Below are positions 15,016-23,726 of a stretch of 29,714 bases of DNA, in pieces. Position numbers and translations under genes: made by a program. The stretch is from IMG/VR virus record IMGVR_UViG_3300037704_000115, positions 1 through 29,714 of that record. One strand, given 5' to 3'. The stretch comes from a virus (Duplodnaviria > Caudoviricetes). Position 1 is the stretch's first letter. Every line of letters begins with the position of its first letter. Below the pieces are notes generated by a model that did not search any database, was not told the DNA's origin, and saw only the letters and a list, made by a program, of their open reading frames with translations.

Positions 15016-16244
15016 GCGTCACCCCATTGCGTATCGAACTGCCACGACAACCAATGCGGCGTGGTGGTCTGCGTATGTGGCGTCGCCACCTGAAACGCCG
15101 GCTTCATCACGACCTCGTTGCGGCTGCGGTCATGGGCCGGGAAGTGCGGCAACCAACGGCCCGTCATGCTGAAGATTGCTTGTCGCCCCGCGTCGCCGAA
15201 GAAACTTAGACGCAGCTCCTGAAACTGGCGCAGATTCGCCTTGACCTTTGTCACCGCATAATTGGTCAGGTCCGTCCGCATGTGCGCCGCAAACTGCGCC
15301 CCCGGCCATTCGTGCCGCGCTCCGCAGTAGGTCAGCGCATTGCCGTCGCCCGCCCAGGCCGGACGCAGTCCCGTATCGAGTGTGAAGGTCCATTCGAGTA
15401 TGGAACAGTCAAACGCGCTCAAAGCGTCGAATGCGCCCCCCGCTGCGCCTGCGTCCTGCACCGCCAGCGTGGAGCGCAATCCCTGCACCATCGCCAGGCC
15501 GGGCGGCAAGGTGACGGCTTCCGGCTCGTAGCCAAAACCGTCATTGTCGTCTACCCATCGGCCAAACCACTCGCTCTCACACAGGATCGCCTTGTCGTTG
15601 ATGTTGGCGCTCATCGTCATCGTCCGCAGATAGGCATCCTGCACCTGGACCATGCTCGCCAGGTTGCGGTTGGCGTCGTTGCCGCCGAAGCGGAACGTAT
15701 ATGGGATCGGCGCGCCCACCGCGGCGGGCAGCGCGCTCGCGGCATAAGTGTACGGCCCTACCCCGCTAGACGTCATCGCGTCAAACCCGGCGTTGAACAG
15801 GACTGGCAATAACTCGAAGAAGAGCGCCCCGCGCAGCGTGAACGTAGCCATCTGCGCCGTGCGCTCGACGATGGTCAGCGGTGTCCACACGCCGGGGTCC
15901 CACACCGCCACTTGCTCTTCGTCGCCGTCGACATAGGCGAACTTGACCGGCAATGCAAAGGTCGGCGTCACCGCTTCGTCGAAGGCCGCCTGCTTGCCCG
16001 CCTGCACGCGCAGGAACTTGACCAGCGAGGCATCGAGCAGAACCAATGTTTCTTCGAATTCGAGGTACGCGCCAGCCTGAGTAACAGTGAGCAGGAACGG
16101 GACCAGTTCGGCATAAGCGCCAGCCTGCGTGATGGCAAGTGCCGTTGCTTCCGCCTCGGCGTAGCTGCCAGCCTGCGTGATGGCAAGTGCCGTTGCTTCC
16201 GCCTCGGCGTAGCTGCCGGACTGCGTGACACGCGTTTCGGTCAT
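15012..16244 (-). CDS. Second tail-tube paralogue with a 70-aa N-terminal repeat extension (410 aa)
   Basis: The C-terminal 340 aa align without gaps to 13178..14200 (PAAVGAPIPYTF, QDAYLRTM, DTGLRP, NALTYCG, TQTTTPH). Confidence 0.88.
   Translation of the reverse strand: MTETRVTQSGSYAEAEATALAITQAGSYAEAEATALAITQAGAYAELVPFLLTVTQAGAYLEFEETLVLLDASLVKFLRVQAGKQAAFDEAVTPTFALPVKFAYVDGDEEQVAVWDPGVWTPLTIVERTAQMATFTLRGALFFELLPVLFNAGFDAMTSSGVGPYTYAASALPAAVGAPIPYTFRFGGNDANRNLASMVQVQDAYLRTMTMSANINDKAILCESEWFGRWVDDNDGFGYEPEAVTLPPGLAMVQGLRSTLAVQDAGAAGGAFDALSAFDCSILEWTFTLDTGLRPAWAGDGNALTYCGARHEWPGAQFAAHMRTDLTNYAVTKVKANLRQFQELRLSFFGDAGRQAIFSMTGRWLPHFPAHDRSRNEVVMKPAFQVATPHTQTTTPHWLSWQFDTQWGDA
16119..16217 (-). 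repeat. Perfect 48-bp tandem duplication (SYAEAEATALAITQAG)
   Basis: 16119-16166 is identical to 16167-16214; degenerate TQxGxYxE units flank it. Confidence 0.9.
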
Positions 16245-16246
16245 GG

Positions 16247-17299
16247 TCAGAACGCGCCGTCGCTCTCGAAACCGAACTCCATCGCCTCGAAGTCGGCTTC
16301 ATTCCATGCCGAAGCGTCCGGTTGCGTGGTCATGCGCTCCCAAACCGGCGCATAGTCCGCGCTTGGATTTTGCGCGCTGCCGGTCGTCGTGCTTGCGCCA
16401 TCGAAGGCGAGTAATTTGAGTTGCTCGGTGCTGCCCGCCCGTTTGCCCAACGCGGTTGGGATGGCCGCGGCGATGGTGTAGCCGTTGGGGACCGTGATCC
16501 CCGCGATGGCGTAGGTGTCTTTTTGTGAGACGGTCATCGTGAATACCGACGTCGTATCGTCATCCGGCGTCACATCGTCCACGAGTAGGTAATTGTCTAT
16601 GCTATTGCCGTCGCTGCCCGACCATTGGCTATTTGTGCCATTGCCCGCGGCGATGGCCCACACAAAACGCCGGGCAATGGGGGCGCTGTCGGCCTCGCCT
16701 GCTGTATCGTCCACATAGCAATCGTCGAAATAAGCAGCGCCATTCCATCCGGCTATCGCGCCACCTAGAGACCCTCCCACATAGAGCGCGGTCAATCCAG
16801 TCCCGGTATCCTGATTGGTCGCGCTAAGCACGCTTACGCCATCAATATAAAAATTGACATAACCTGTACTGCCATTGGCAAAGACTCGGAGACCCGCCGA
16901 ATACCAGGTATCTGTATTGGTGATGCCTGCTGACGCGGCGGATATGGTCGCAACGACGACATTATTCAGGACCAATTCGAGGTTGCCGCTGTTGCCGTTC
17001 CAGCGGATGTAATTGAGATTGCCCGCGGTCGAAGTCCAAAGGAAAATTATCGCATAATCGCCCACACCGGTATTAACGCCGGAATGATTGAAAAATAGAT
17101 GTGCAGCAATTTGTGTGGTTGAAGGAAATGTTGCACCGATGGAACTCTGTTCACTCGTTGAAAAATTTCTGAGACTATAGGTCCCGGTGTAGGCTTTAAT
17201 ACTGCTAATGTCCGGTACATTGGTGCGCGTTATTTCGGCGCGCCATTCCGCCACCGTATTGAGTTCCCACCCAGACTGCCAGCGCCGTGTGATCGTCAT
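16247..17299 (-). CDS. Virion accessory protein with a concanavalin/LamG-like beta-sandwich (350 aa)
   Basis: TDTWYSAGL...VNFYIDGVSV...YFDDCYV pattern; AT-richer N-terminal half. Confidence 0.7.
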   Translation of the reverse strand: MTITRRWQSGWELNTVAEWRAEITRTNVPDISSIKAYTGTYSLRNFSTSEQSSIGATFPSTTQIAAHLFFNHSGVNTGVGDYAIIFLWTSTAGNLNYIRWNGNSGNLELVLNNVVVATISAASAGITNTDTWYSAGLRVFANGSTGYVNFYIDGVSVLSATNQDTGTGLTALYVGGSLGGAIAGWNGAAYFDDCYVDDTAGEADSAPIARRFVWAIAAGNGTNSQWSGSDGNSIDNYLLVDDVTPDDDTTSVFTMTVSQKDTYAIAGITVPNGYTIAAAIPTALGKRAGSTEQLKLLAFDGASTTTGSAQNPSADYAPVWERMTTQPDASAWNEADFEAMEFGFESDGAF

Positions 17300-17301
17300 C
17301 G

Positions 17302-17661
17302 CTATGCCTCCACCGTCGGCCAGGCCGTCTTGATCTGTTGTACAACGATCTGCAAACTCGGCACACCGCCGCTAAGGTCCGGCCACTCGGCCACGTGGTC
17401 GATGATGTACTCCGCGCCGCCATGCACGAGGATATCGCGTTCGCGCACGTCGGGCAGCGTGTCGCTCGTAGGCACGTGGTAACATTCCAGATATTCGCGT
17501 GGGCTGGAGATGCCCAGACTCTCGACGGTCTCCGGGCGTAGCGGCCACAGCGGGGTCACGGCGAGGCTGGTCAGGTACGCGACCGCCGCGCCCGTCACGC
17601 CGCCTGTCCCGGCCTGATTCCTCTTGGTCGAAGCCTGAATCGTCGTGAACGGATGTGTCAT
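17302..17661 (-). CDS. Head-closure/head-tail joining protein
   Basis: 119 aa; PDVRERDILVHGGAEYIIDHV; located after the adaptor. Confidence 0.7.
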   Translation of the reverse strand: MTHPFTTIQASTKRNQAGTGGVTGAAVAYLTSLAVTPLWPLRPETVESLGISSPREYLECYHVPTSDTLPDVRERDILVHGGAEYIIDHVAEWPDLSGGVPSLQIVVQQIKTAWPTVEA

Positions 17662-17682
17662 CGGTACGAGCGCCTCCCGGCG

Positions 17683-18465
17683 CTATTTCCTCCACTCCCC
17701 ATGCGTCAGCTTGCCGACCTTGATGCGCCGGTCGCTGCCCGCCCCGGCCAGCATCTCGTCGATGCTGCCGGCGATCTGGCTGCGGCGCTCCGACCGCGGC
17801 CCCAGCGTCACATCCACATCCAACGCATACGTGGCGCGCAGCCGTTGTAACATGGCCTGCTTGACGCCCTCCATCAGATCGTTGACCTGCCCGGGCAAGA
17901 CCAGCGTCACGTCCGGGTCGCCCCATTGCGTCATCGCGCCGATGGCCCGCAACGCCTCATCCACCGCCGCGCTATAGTCGCCTTCCGGCCCGTCGGCGTT
18001 GGCTGTCGTCACCAGAGAGGCGTCGGTCGCAAAGGCGGCGATCAAATCGGCGACCGTGGCGGCGACCGCGGCCCGGCTCACCGGCAGCCCGCCGGACAAC
18101 AGCGTGATCGTGTCCACATAACACACGCCACCCACCGCGCTGATCTCTACGCTCTCGTTGCCGCCGCCCACCTCCGGCGCAAACGCCAGCACGCCCTCGC
18201 GCCACACGTCCAGCGGCGCGCCCGTGTGCGTCGCCGTCACGTCGCCATAGGCCACGGTCAACGTCGCGCCCGTCGCCACCTGGTAGAAATAGTGCAGCGT
18301 GTGCAGGACCTGTTCGCTGACACCCTGCGCCTGGCTCAACGATTGTCCCACGGCCAGGCGCGCCGCGTTCAGGCGCGGATAGCCGACGGTGCGGCTGATC
18401 GTGCCCGTGCCCGTCCATTCGTAGAGGCCACGACTGAAGTCGCTATTACGCAGGAGATTCGTCAT
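17683..18465 (-). CDS. Head-tail adaptor with an N-terminal carbohydrate-binding-like domain (260 aa)
   Basis: N-terminus NLLRNSDFSRGLYEW...CYVDTITL (CBM-like jelly roll); helical C-terminus with VDVTLGPRSERRSQ in the adaptor gene slot. Confidence 0.62.
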   Translation of the reverse strand: MTNLLRNSDFSRGLYEWTGTGTISRTVGYPRLNAARLAVGQSLSQAQGVSEQVLHTLHYFYQVATGATLTVAYGDVTATHTGAPLDVWREGVLAFAPEVGGGNESVEISAVGGVCYVDTITLLSGGLPVSRAAVAATVADLIAAFATDASLVTTANADGPEGDYSAAVDEALRAIGAMTQWGDPDVTLVLPGQVNDLMEGVKQAMLQRLRATYALDVDVTLGPRSERRSQIAGSIDEMLAGAGSDRRIKVGKLTHGEWRK

Positions 18466-18733
18466 GCTTGGGACCCTTCGGCTTGTTGTCGCCGGGCGTC
18501 TTGGAGAAGGCCGATGGGCTAGACGGTTCCGCCGCGGGCGCGCTCACGACCACCAACTGCGCCCGCCTTGCCGCCGTCGCCTGCTTCGCCGCGAGAATAC
18601 CGGCTTTGGCTTTGGCGTCGGCGGCTTTCCACGCCGTGATCTCGTCTTTCGTTGCCTTGCGCGCCCCAGGGGGCAGCGGCATGTCGTCGGGAATCGTGTG
18701 CATCACGCCAAATTTGTTAAAAATGTGGGCCAT
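18446..18733 (-). CDS. Hypothetical head-region protein (95 aa)
   Basis: GGAGGGAG RBS; Ala/Lys-rich. Confidence 0.75.
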   Translation of the reverse strand: MAHIFNKFGVMHTIPDDMPLPPGARKATKDEITAWKAADAKAKAGILAAKQATAARRAQLVVVSAPAAEPSSPSAFSKTPGDNKPKGPKHDESPA

Positions 18734-18763
18734 CTCGATTTTGCTCCCTCCGGCCCTGCCGGA

Positions 18764-18958
18764 TTATCTAGGTCTCTGCGCCATCTGTTGCCGCATCTGT
18801 TCGTTGCTCATCTCGCCCATCGCGACCGCCTGTTGCAGACATTTCTCTTTGGCGGCGCGGATGCTCGCCGCGTCGCCGGACGTATAGACATAACACTTTC
18901 CCTGTTCGCCCCACTTGAAACCGGGTTTGCCGGTCTCTTCACAGCGTCGAATCGGCAT
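18764..18958 (-). CDS. Small hypothetical phage protein (64 aa, MPIRRCEETGKPGFKWGEQGKCYVY...)
   Basis: GGAGGGAG RBS; the GKPGxKWGxxGKCYxY pattern is familiar from phage head modules. Confidence 0.8.
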   Translation of the reverse strand: MPIRRCEETGKPGFKWGEQGKCYVYTSGDAASIRAAKEKCLQQAVAMGEMSNEQMRQQMAQRPR

Positions 18959-18973
18959 AGTCTTGTCTCCCTC

Positions 18974-19009
18974 CGGGGTGGGTGGCCCGTCGCAAAACCA
19001 CCCACCCCG
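18974..19009 (-). other. 12-bp stem-loop downstream of the capsid genes (mRNA stabiliser or attenuator)
   Basis: CGGGGTGGGTGG / CCACCCACCCCG; preceded on the - strand by a pyrimidine tract; no U tail. Confidence 0.6.
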
Positions 19010-19044
19010 CACACAGAAGGAAAGGAAGATTGAGGAGAGGCTCG

Positions 19045-19515
19045 TTATTTCGCCACGCCGATGATCGTCAGCGTGACCGGATTGGTGTTCGTCACGTCGG
19101 CATAGACGCAGTTCCAGCGCCCGAACAGCCCGGTCTGCAACATCGTATTGGCGTCCGTACTGACCACCGTTGCCACCGTCACGCCGTCGTTGAACGGCCC
19201 GCTGGTCGGGTCGATGTTGGTCTGTTGCACTTTGACCGTGGTCGTATTGGCGTCGGTTGCATCGACCTGGTACTGCAAGTCCATGATCTCGAAATCGGCC
19301 AGATCGAAGCATACACGCGTGTCGGCGGTGATGGCGCGTACGTCGAAGAATGTCGCCAGCCGCGACCCGTCGCGGCCCGTCTGCGCCACCGGCGTAATCA
19401 CCGCCGCCTGGACCGGCGGGGCTTGTGGGGCCATGACCAAATTGAGCGAAGCCAGCGCCACCAGTGCGATGATGATCGTGATCATCAGTCCATACTTGCG
19501 AAACAGGTTCGTCAC
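19045..19515 (-). CDS. Signal-peptide/TM-bearing beta-rich protein directly after the capsid gene (156 aa)
   Basis: GGAGG RBS and GTG 19515; n-region RK, h-region LMITIIIALVALASLNLVMA, c-region PQAPPVQA. Confidence 0.8.
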   Translation of the reverse strand: MTNLFRKYGLMITIIIALVALASLNLVMAPQAPPVQAAVITPVAQTGRDGSRLATFFDVRAITADTRVCFDLADFEIMDLQYQVDATDANTTTVKVQQTNIDPTSGPFNDGVTVATVVSTDANTMLQTGLFGRWNCVYADVTNTNPVTLTIIGVAK

Positions 19516-19516
19516 A

Positions 19517-20422
19517 TCACACCTCCGTGCTGCGGATGACCACCGCATGGTTGTTCCGCAGGATCGCTACACCATAGAGGATGTCAAGCGTGACCTGCAC
19601 GCCCAGATAGGACGGGTTGTAGGCGTAGATTACGCGCAACCCGATCCCGTCCTCATTCATTACCGCCGACTGCGCGCCCATGCCCGCGGGCGGCGGCGGC
19701 AGCGGTCGCGTCGCCAGCACGATCGCGTCGCGGTGGAAGGCGAGATTCTTGCACTCGCTGGTCGCCACCACCGTCTGCTGATCCATGAAGTGGCCGAAGC
19801 CGTACTTGCGCCCGATGACCGCCTCGCGCACGGCGTCGCCGGGGTCGCCGAAATCGCTCGAAGTGAACTTCTCGACCTCCAGCAATTCTGCTTCGGCGTC
19901 CTCGTGCCAGACGATGACGCGTCCCTCCTGCGGCACTTTGGCCGCGTTCAATACGCGCCGCGCCTCGGTCACGGTGGAGGCGTCGATCCCGCCCGACCCC
20001 GCCGTGGCGTCGATGGGCGTGGCGCTGAAGCTGGAGTACAGCGTCAGCAGCGCGGAATCGATGTCCTCCGCCAATGCCATCATCGCGTCGCGCACATAGC
20101 CGCCGATGATGTCCTGGTTGGCCTGCGCCGCGGCAATGTCCTCGACGATGAACGAAACCTCTTTGTGCTGGTTGAGCGTCAAGTCCACTTTGGTGGCGGA
20201 AGGCGTCTGCAACGTGACGACCGCGTTGGCCGTCTTGGTGTTGACGCTCAACGCGCCCCGCTGCGGGATATGAATGATATCGCCTTGGTTGGCGATCTCC
20301 GGCTCGAAATTGCGGTTCACCAGGCGCGCCATGACCGTGTTGGCCTTGAGCGCCCCCAGCGCATTGGCCGCCCAAATTTCCGGGATGAAATTGGCGGCCT
20401 CGGTTACAGTGATGTTTGCCAT
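19517..20422 (-). CDS. Major capsid protein (HK97 fold, P22-coat-like group), 301 aa
   Basis: FIPEIWA...GDIIHIP...IGRKYGF...NLAFHRDAIVLA...DILYGVAILR; follows the scaffold gene. Confidence 0.95.
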   Translation of the reverse strand: MANITVTEAANFIPEIWAANALGALKANTVMARLVNRNFEPEIANQGDIIHIPQRGALSVNTKTANAVVTLQTPSATKVDLTLNQHKEVSFIVEDIAAAQANQDIIGGYVRDAMMALAEDIDSALLTLYSSFSATPIDATAGSGGIDASTVTEARRVLNAAKVPQEGRVIVWHEDAEAELLEVEKFTSSDFGDPGDAVREAVIGRKYGFGHFMDQQTVVATSECKNLAFHRDAIVLATRPLPPPPAGMGAQSAVMNEDGIGLRVIYAYNPSYLGVQVTLDILYGVAILRNNHAVVIRSTEV

Positions 20423-20455
20423 CTAGGTACTCCCTGCGCCGGGGTGTCCGGCGCA

Positions 20456-21112
20456 TTAGCTGCGTACAATGCGACCTTCACGCGACGCCAACTGGATTTC
20501 CGCCTGGTGCTCGCGCACCCACTTCGGGTCCTGTAATTGCGCCGTCGTGATGGTCACGGGCGGGTTGCCCCCCGGTACGGGCGGAATGCCCGGTCCCCGC
20601 GTGCCGCTGCCCATGAGACTCAGTAGGTTCTGCGCGTCGGCTTTCATGGCCTCCAGCGTGTCCCCTTGCAGTCGGGCAATCAAGGCCGCGGGTAAGTTCA
20701 ATTCTGCGCCCACCTGCAAGGCCATCGTCAGCCGCGCCGCGTCTTGCGTTGGCGCAGCCGCCGCGGGTGCTTGACCTGCGAGTGGTTCCGGCGTGCCGGG
20801 CTGGGCAGGTTGCCCGCCCCCCTGCCCGCGCCGTAGCGGTTGCAGGGCATCCCTCAATTCGTCGGTGTCCTCGAAACCCAGTTCAGTCGCCAACTTTTTC
20901 AGCGCCGACCGTTCCGCCCGCTTGACGCGCTCCTGGACAAAACCGTCCAGATCGCCTTGCGTCGCAAAGGCGCGGTAGGGTTCCGTGACTGCCGCCGCCG
21001 CTGGGGTCGTCGCGGGCGCAGGCTGCGCCGTTGTCCCCGTGGGCGTGGGTTGTGCTGTTCCACCATTGTCCGCTGGCGTAGGCGTGGTTGGTGTCGTAGT
21101 TGGCTCACTCAT
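20456..21112 (-). CDS. Capsid scaffolding protein
   Basis: P/T/A-rich N-terminus; TQGDLDGFVQERVKRA and RLQGDTLEAMKADAQNL motifs; immediately upstream of the capsid gene. Confidence 0.85.
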   Translation of the reverse strand: MSEPTTTPTTPTPADNGGTAQPTPTGTTAQPAPATTPAAAAVTEPYRAFATQGDLDGFVQERVKRAERSALKKLATELGFEDTDELRDALQPLRRGQGGGQPAQPGTPEPLAGQAPAAAAPTQDAARLTMALQVGAELNLPAALIARLQGDTLEAMKADAQNLLSLMGSGTRGPGIPPVPGGNPPVTITTAQLQDPKWVREHQAEIQLASREGRIVRS

Positions 21113-21163
21113 GTCCCTATTTGTCCGGCTGTTCCCGCCGCCGTGGGCGTGTTAGGACTGAGA

Positions 21164-22078
21164 CTATGAAACTCGTTTATGCTGTTCGGCGATGGCCGCG
21201 GCGCGCATGTCGGGCGTCGTCAGCGCACCTTGCTCGAAGAGCGGATGATACATCGAAACAGATGTTCTACATGACCAGTGGAACGCCGGGTTCATCATCT
21301 GCCGCGCAAAACGCGGCTCACCCGTCAGGTCAAACGGCTTGTCCACGTCGCGGATCTGCCCATGCACGCGGAGGCATGTCGCCGTCGTCTTGCTGCCGAT
21401 ACTGGCGACCGCCTGCTTTTGCACCCTGACGCCGCCCTGCGCGTTGACCTGTTCCAGTGCGCCCTGCTTGGCGCGATTGTTGGCCGTAATCACCGTGCGC
21501 CTCACCATGCGCTCGGCGCTCAGTTGCCCGTTGCGCCACACCGCCGGCCCCTCGCCCGTAGGTGTCGCCGCCATCAGCCGCCGCACCAGGTTCGGGAATG
21601 ACGCACCTTGCGTCAGACCCGACTGTAGCTCGCGCCGCAGTTGCGTGCGTAGCAGCGTCGTCAGGCCCGTGACCTCTTCCATGACCACCGGCACCACCTG
21701 CTCGATCATGGCCGTGTCGATCATGCTGAACGCGCTCAGGTCGGGCCGCAGCGACGACGGCAACAGCGCAAACTCGCGCCCGATCTGCTCAATCGCCAAC
21801 TCGCTCATACTGGTCACGCTGTCGCGCAGGATGACGCCCAATTGCTGCTCCAATGTCAGCAGTCGCGAATCTATGTTCTGCAACAGCCCCAGCCGCCGCA
21901 ACAGGTCAGCCGCCGCGCCTGGGCCGAGCGTGCCCGGTCCCGTCCAGCGCGTGATCAGCACATCCACCAACTCGCGCCGCGCCGCATTGTAGGCGCGGGC
22001 TACCTCGCGCGCGGCGCGGCTTTCGGCGGATTCGAGCAACAGTTGGTTGCGTTCCAAGACAGCGAGACGGGTAGGCAA
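21164..22078 (-). CDS. Minor head protein (SPP1 gp7/Mu gpF-like)
   Basis: AERMVRRTV...KTTATCLRVHGQIR...PAFHWSCRT; GGAGGAG RBS. Confidence 0.88.
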   Translation of the reverse strand: MPTRLAVLERNQLLLESAESRAAREVARAYNAARRELVDVLITRWTGPGTLGPGAAADLLRRLGLLQNIDSRLLTLEQQLGVILRDSVTSMSELAIEQIGREFALLPSSLRPDLSAFSMIDTAMIEQVVPVVMEEVTGLTTLLRTQLRRELQSGLTQGASFPNLVRRLMAATPTGEGPAVWRNGQLSAERMVRRTVITANNRAKQGALEQVNAQGGVRVQKQAVASIGSKTTATCLRVHGQIRDVDKPFDLTGEPRFARQMMNPAFHWSCRTSVSMYHPLFEQGALTTPDMRAAAIAEQHKRVS

Positions 22079-22441
22079 CTACTCCTCCAGATACAGCCAC
22101 AGCGCGCCGGTTTTGGTGTCGCCGCCGTCGCTCACCGTCAGCGTCAGCACGCCATGCACCAGTGGATGCACAAACGCCGTGGCGATCTCGGCTCCTACGC
22201 CGTCATCCGCCGTCACCTGCGGATAATAAAGCGCGTCGGCGTTGGCGTCGGTCAGCGTCAATAGTGTCGTGACCAACGTGCGCGGGCTGAACTGGGTGCA
22301 GATCAGCACTGCGTCTACGCCATCCACCAGGTCGCCGTCTACCCACTGCGCCGCGTAGAGTTTGGCCGGTGTCTTGACGCTCAGCGTGCCCACAAAGTCA
22401 CCGTTCTCGTCGGTCGTAATTTGGATTGCTTTGACCTGCAC
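22079..22441 (-). CDS. Hypothetical beta-rich structural protein (120 aa)
   Basis: GGAGG RBS and GTG start; tightly packed between portal and minor head genes. Confidence 0.75.
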   Translation of the reverse strand: MQVKAIQITTDENGDFVGTLSVKTPAKLYAAQWVDGDLVDGVDAVLICTQFSPRTLVTTLLTLTDANADALYYPQVTADDGVGAEIATAFVHPLVHGVLTLTVSDGGDTKTGALWLYLEE

Positions 22442-22442
22442 G

Positions 22443-23726
22443 TTATGCCTCCATAGTCGCCGGCGCGGGTTCTGCCGGAACGTTAAGCCGCGTCATGCCG
22501 TCGCCGCCGGTCGCCGACTGCAACAGCGCCAAATTCAGCCGCGCCTCTTCCAGCCGGATTTGGTCAAATTCGCTCATGGGCCGGATCGGGCGCTTCCAGT
22601 CGAAGCTGTGTGGAGCCAACAGCGTCGCCAGATCGGGGACTCCGTAGATGGTGGCCGCCAACGCCGCCATGCGGTGCGCGTCGACGAGACCGGCGTCGTA
22701 GCGGCGACGCATCTTCCAAATCTTGGCGTCCAGTTCGATCAGTTGGATTTCGAGCGTCTCCGCGGCGATCTGGTCTTTGGCGCGCAGGTCGTCGAAGGCC
22801 AGTTCGGGCAAGTTGCCCTTGGTCTCCGCGCTAATCGCTTGGATAAACGCCAGCGCGCCCTCGACGTCCACCGTCGCCAGCAGCGCGTCAATGGACGCGC
22901 CCGTGGGAATGAACCACACGTTGTCACCCGACTTGGTGAGTTCGCTCTGTTCCACGCCCGCGGCGACCCACTGTGGCTCGGCCCATTTGCCGATGATATT
23001 GCCGATGTACGAGGCCAGTTCATTCACACTGTCAATCTGCGGCAACGCCTTGGCGAACGTGGGTCGGCACTCGCTGTCGTTCTTGGAGCGCAGCACCGGC
23101 GTGAAGCCGAGCGGATTTTCGTATCGGTCGGGATTGCCGCTGTAGCCGTGCGGCGCGCCGTTCCAATAAGTCCGCACCTCGCCCGGCGTGATGGCCTCCG
23201 CGTACTCGTAAATCTTGCCGTCCGGCCCCATCGCGGCCTTGTCCACAATCAGGGCGAGATCGACGGTAGTCTGCGTGGCCGGGTCTAAGTGCTTCATCAG
23301 CAGGCACAATTCCGGCTTCAACCGCTGCATCACGATCCGGTTGAGTTCGGGCTGCGGCACGATTTTGAGCATGGCCTCGCCCAGCGTCGCGCCGTCCTCC
23401 AGCCAATCGTCGCCCTCGGTGTCCCAGGACGACCATTCATAGAGCGTCGTCTGCGCCTGCACTTGCGCGTCCGGCGTGCCCTGCGCCAGTTCCCACGGCT
23501 GCATCACGCCGGGCACCAACGCCACGTCGAGATCGACGGCCCGGGCCAGGAACGACAGCAGCGCCTTGGTCTGCGCATACAATTTGTGCGCCAGTTTGAA
23601 GGCACTGTCATCGTAGATTTTGCCGGAGTAGTAACGCCGGTATTGGTGCAGGTCGCGGCCCCGCGTCATCCAGCGCGCCTCATACGGTTTGAACTCCGGT
23701 AGCTCGAAGACGCTGCTAGTTGCCAT
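22443..23726 (-). CDS. Portal protein (SPP1 gp6-like), 427 aa
   Basis: Follows terL; YRRYYSG, YENPLGFTPV and QIDSVN motifs; typical size. Confidence 0.88.
   Translation of the reverse strand: MATSSVFELPEFKPYEARWMTRGRDLHQYRRYYSGKIYDDSAFKLAHKLYAQTKALLSFLARAVDLDVALVPGVMQPWELAQGTPDAQVQAQTTLYEWSSWDTEGDDWLEDGATLGEAMLKIVPQPELNRIVMQRLKPELCLLMKHLDPATQTTVDLALIVDKAAMGPDGKIYEYAEAITPGEVRTYWNGAPHGYSGNPDRYENPLGFTPVLRSKNDSECRPTFAKALPQIDSVNELASYIGNIIGKWAEPQWVAAGVEQSELTKSGDNVWFIPTGASIDALLATVDVEGALAFIQAISAETKGNLPELAFDDLRAKDQIAAETLEIQLIELDAKIWKMRRRYDAGLVDAHRMAALAATIYGVPDLATLLAPHSFDWKRPIRPMSEFDQIRLEEARLNLALLQSATGGDGMTRLNVPAEPAPATMEA

Noticed and set aside
13178-16244. Extracellular contractile injection system, suggested by the two tube genes
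   Set aside because: No sheath or baseplate wedge genes; capsid, portal, terminase and Dit indicate a siphophage.
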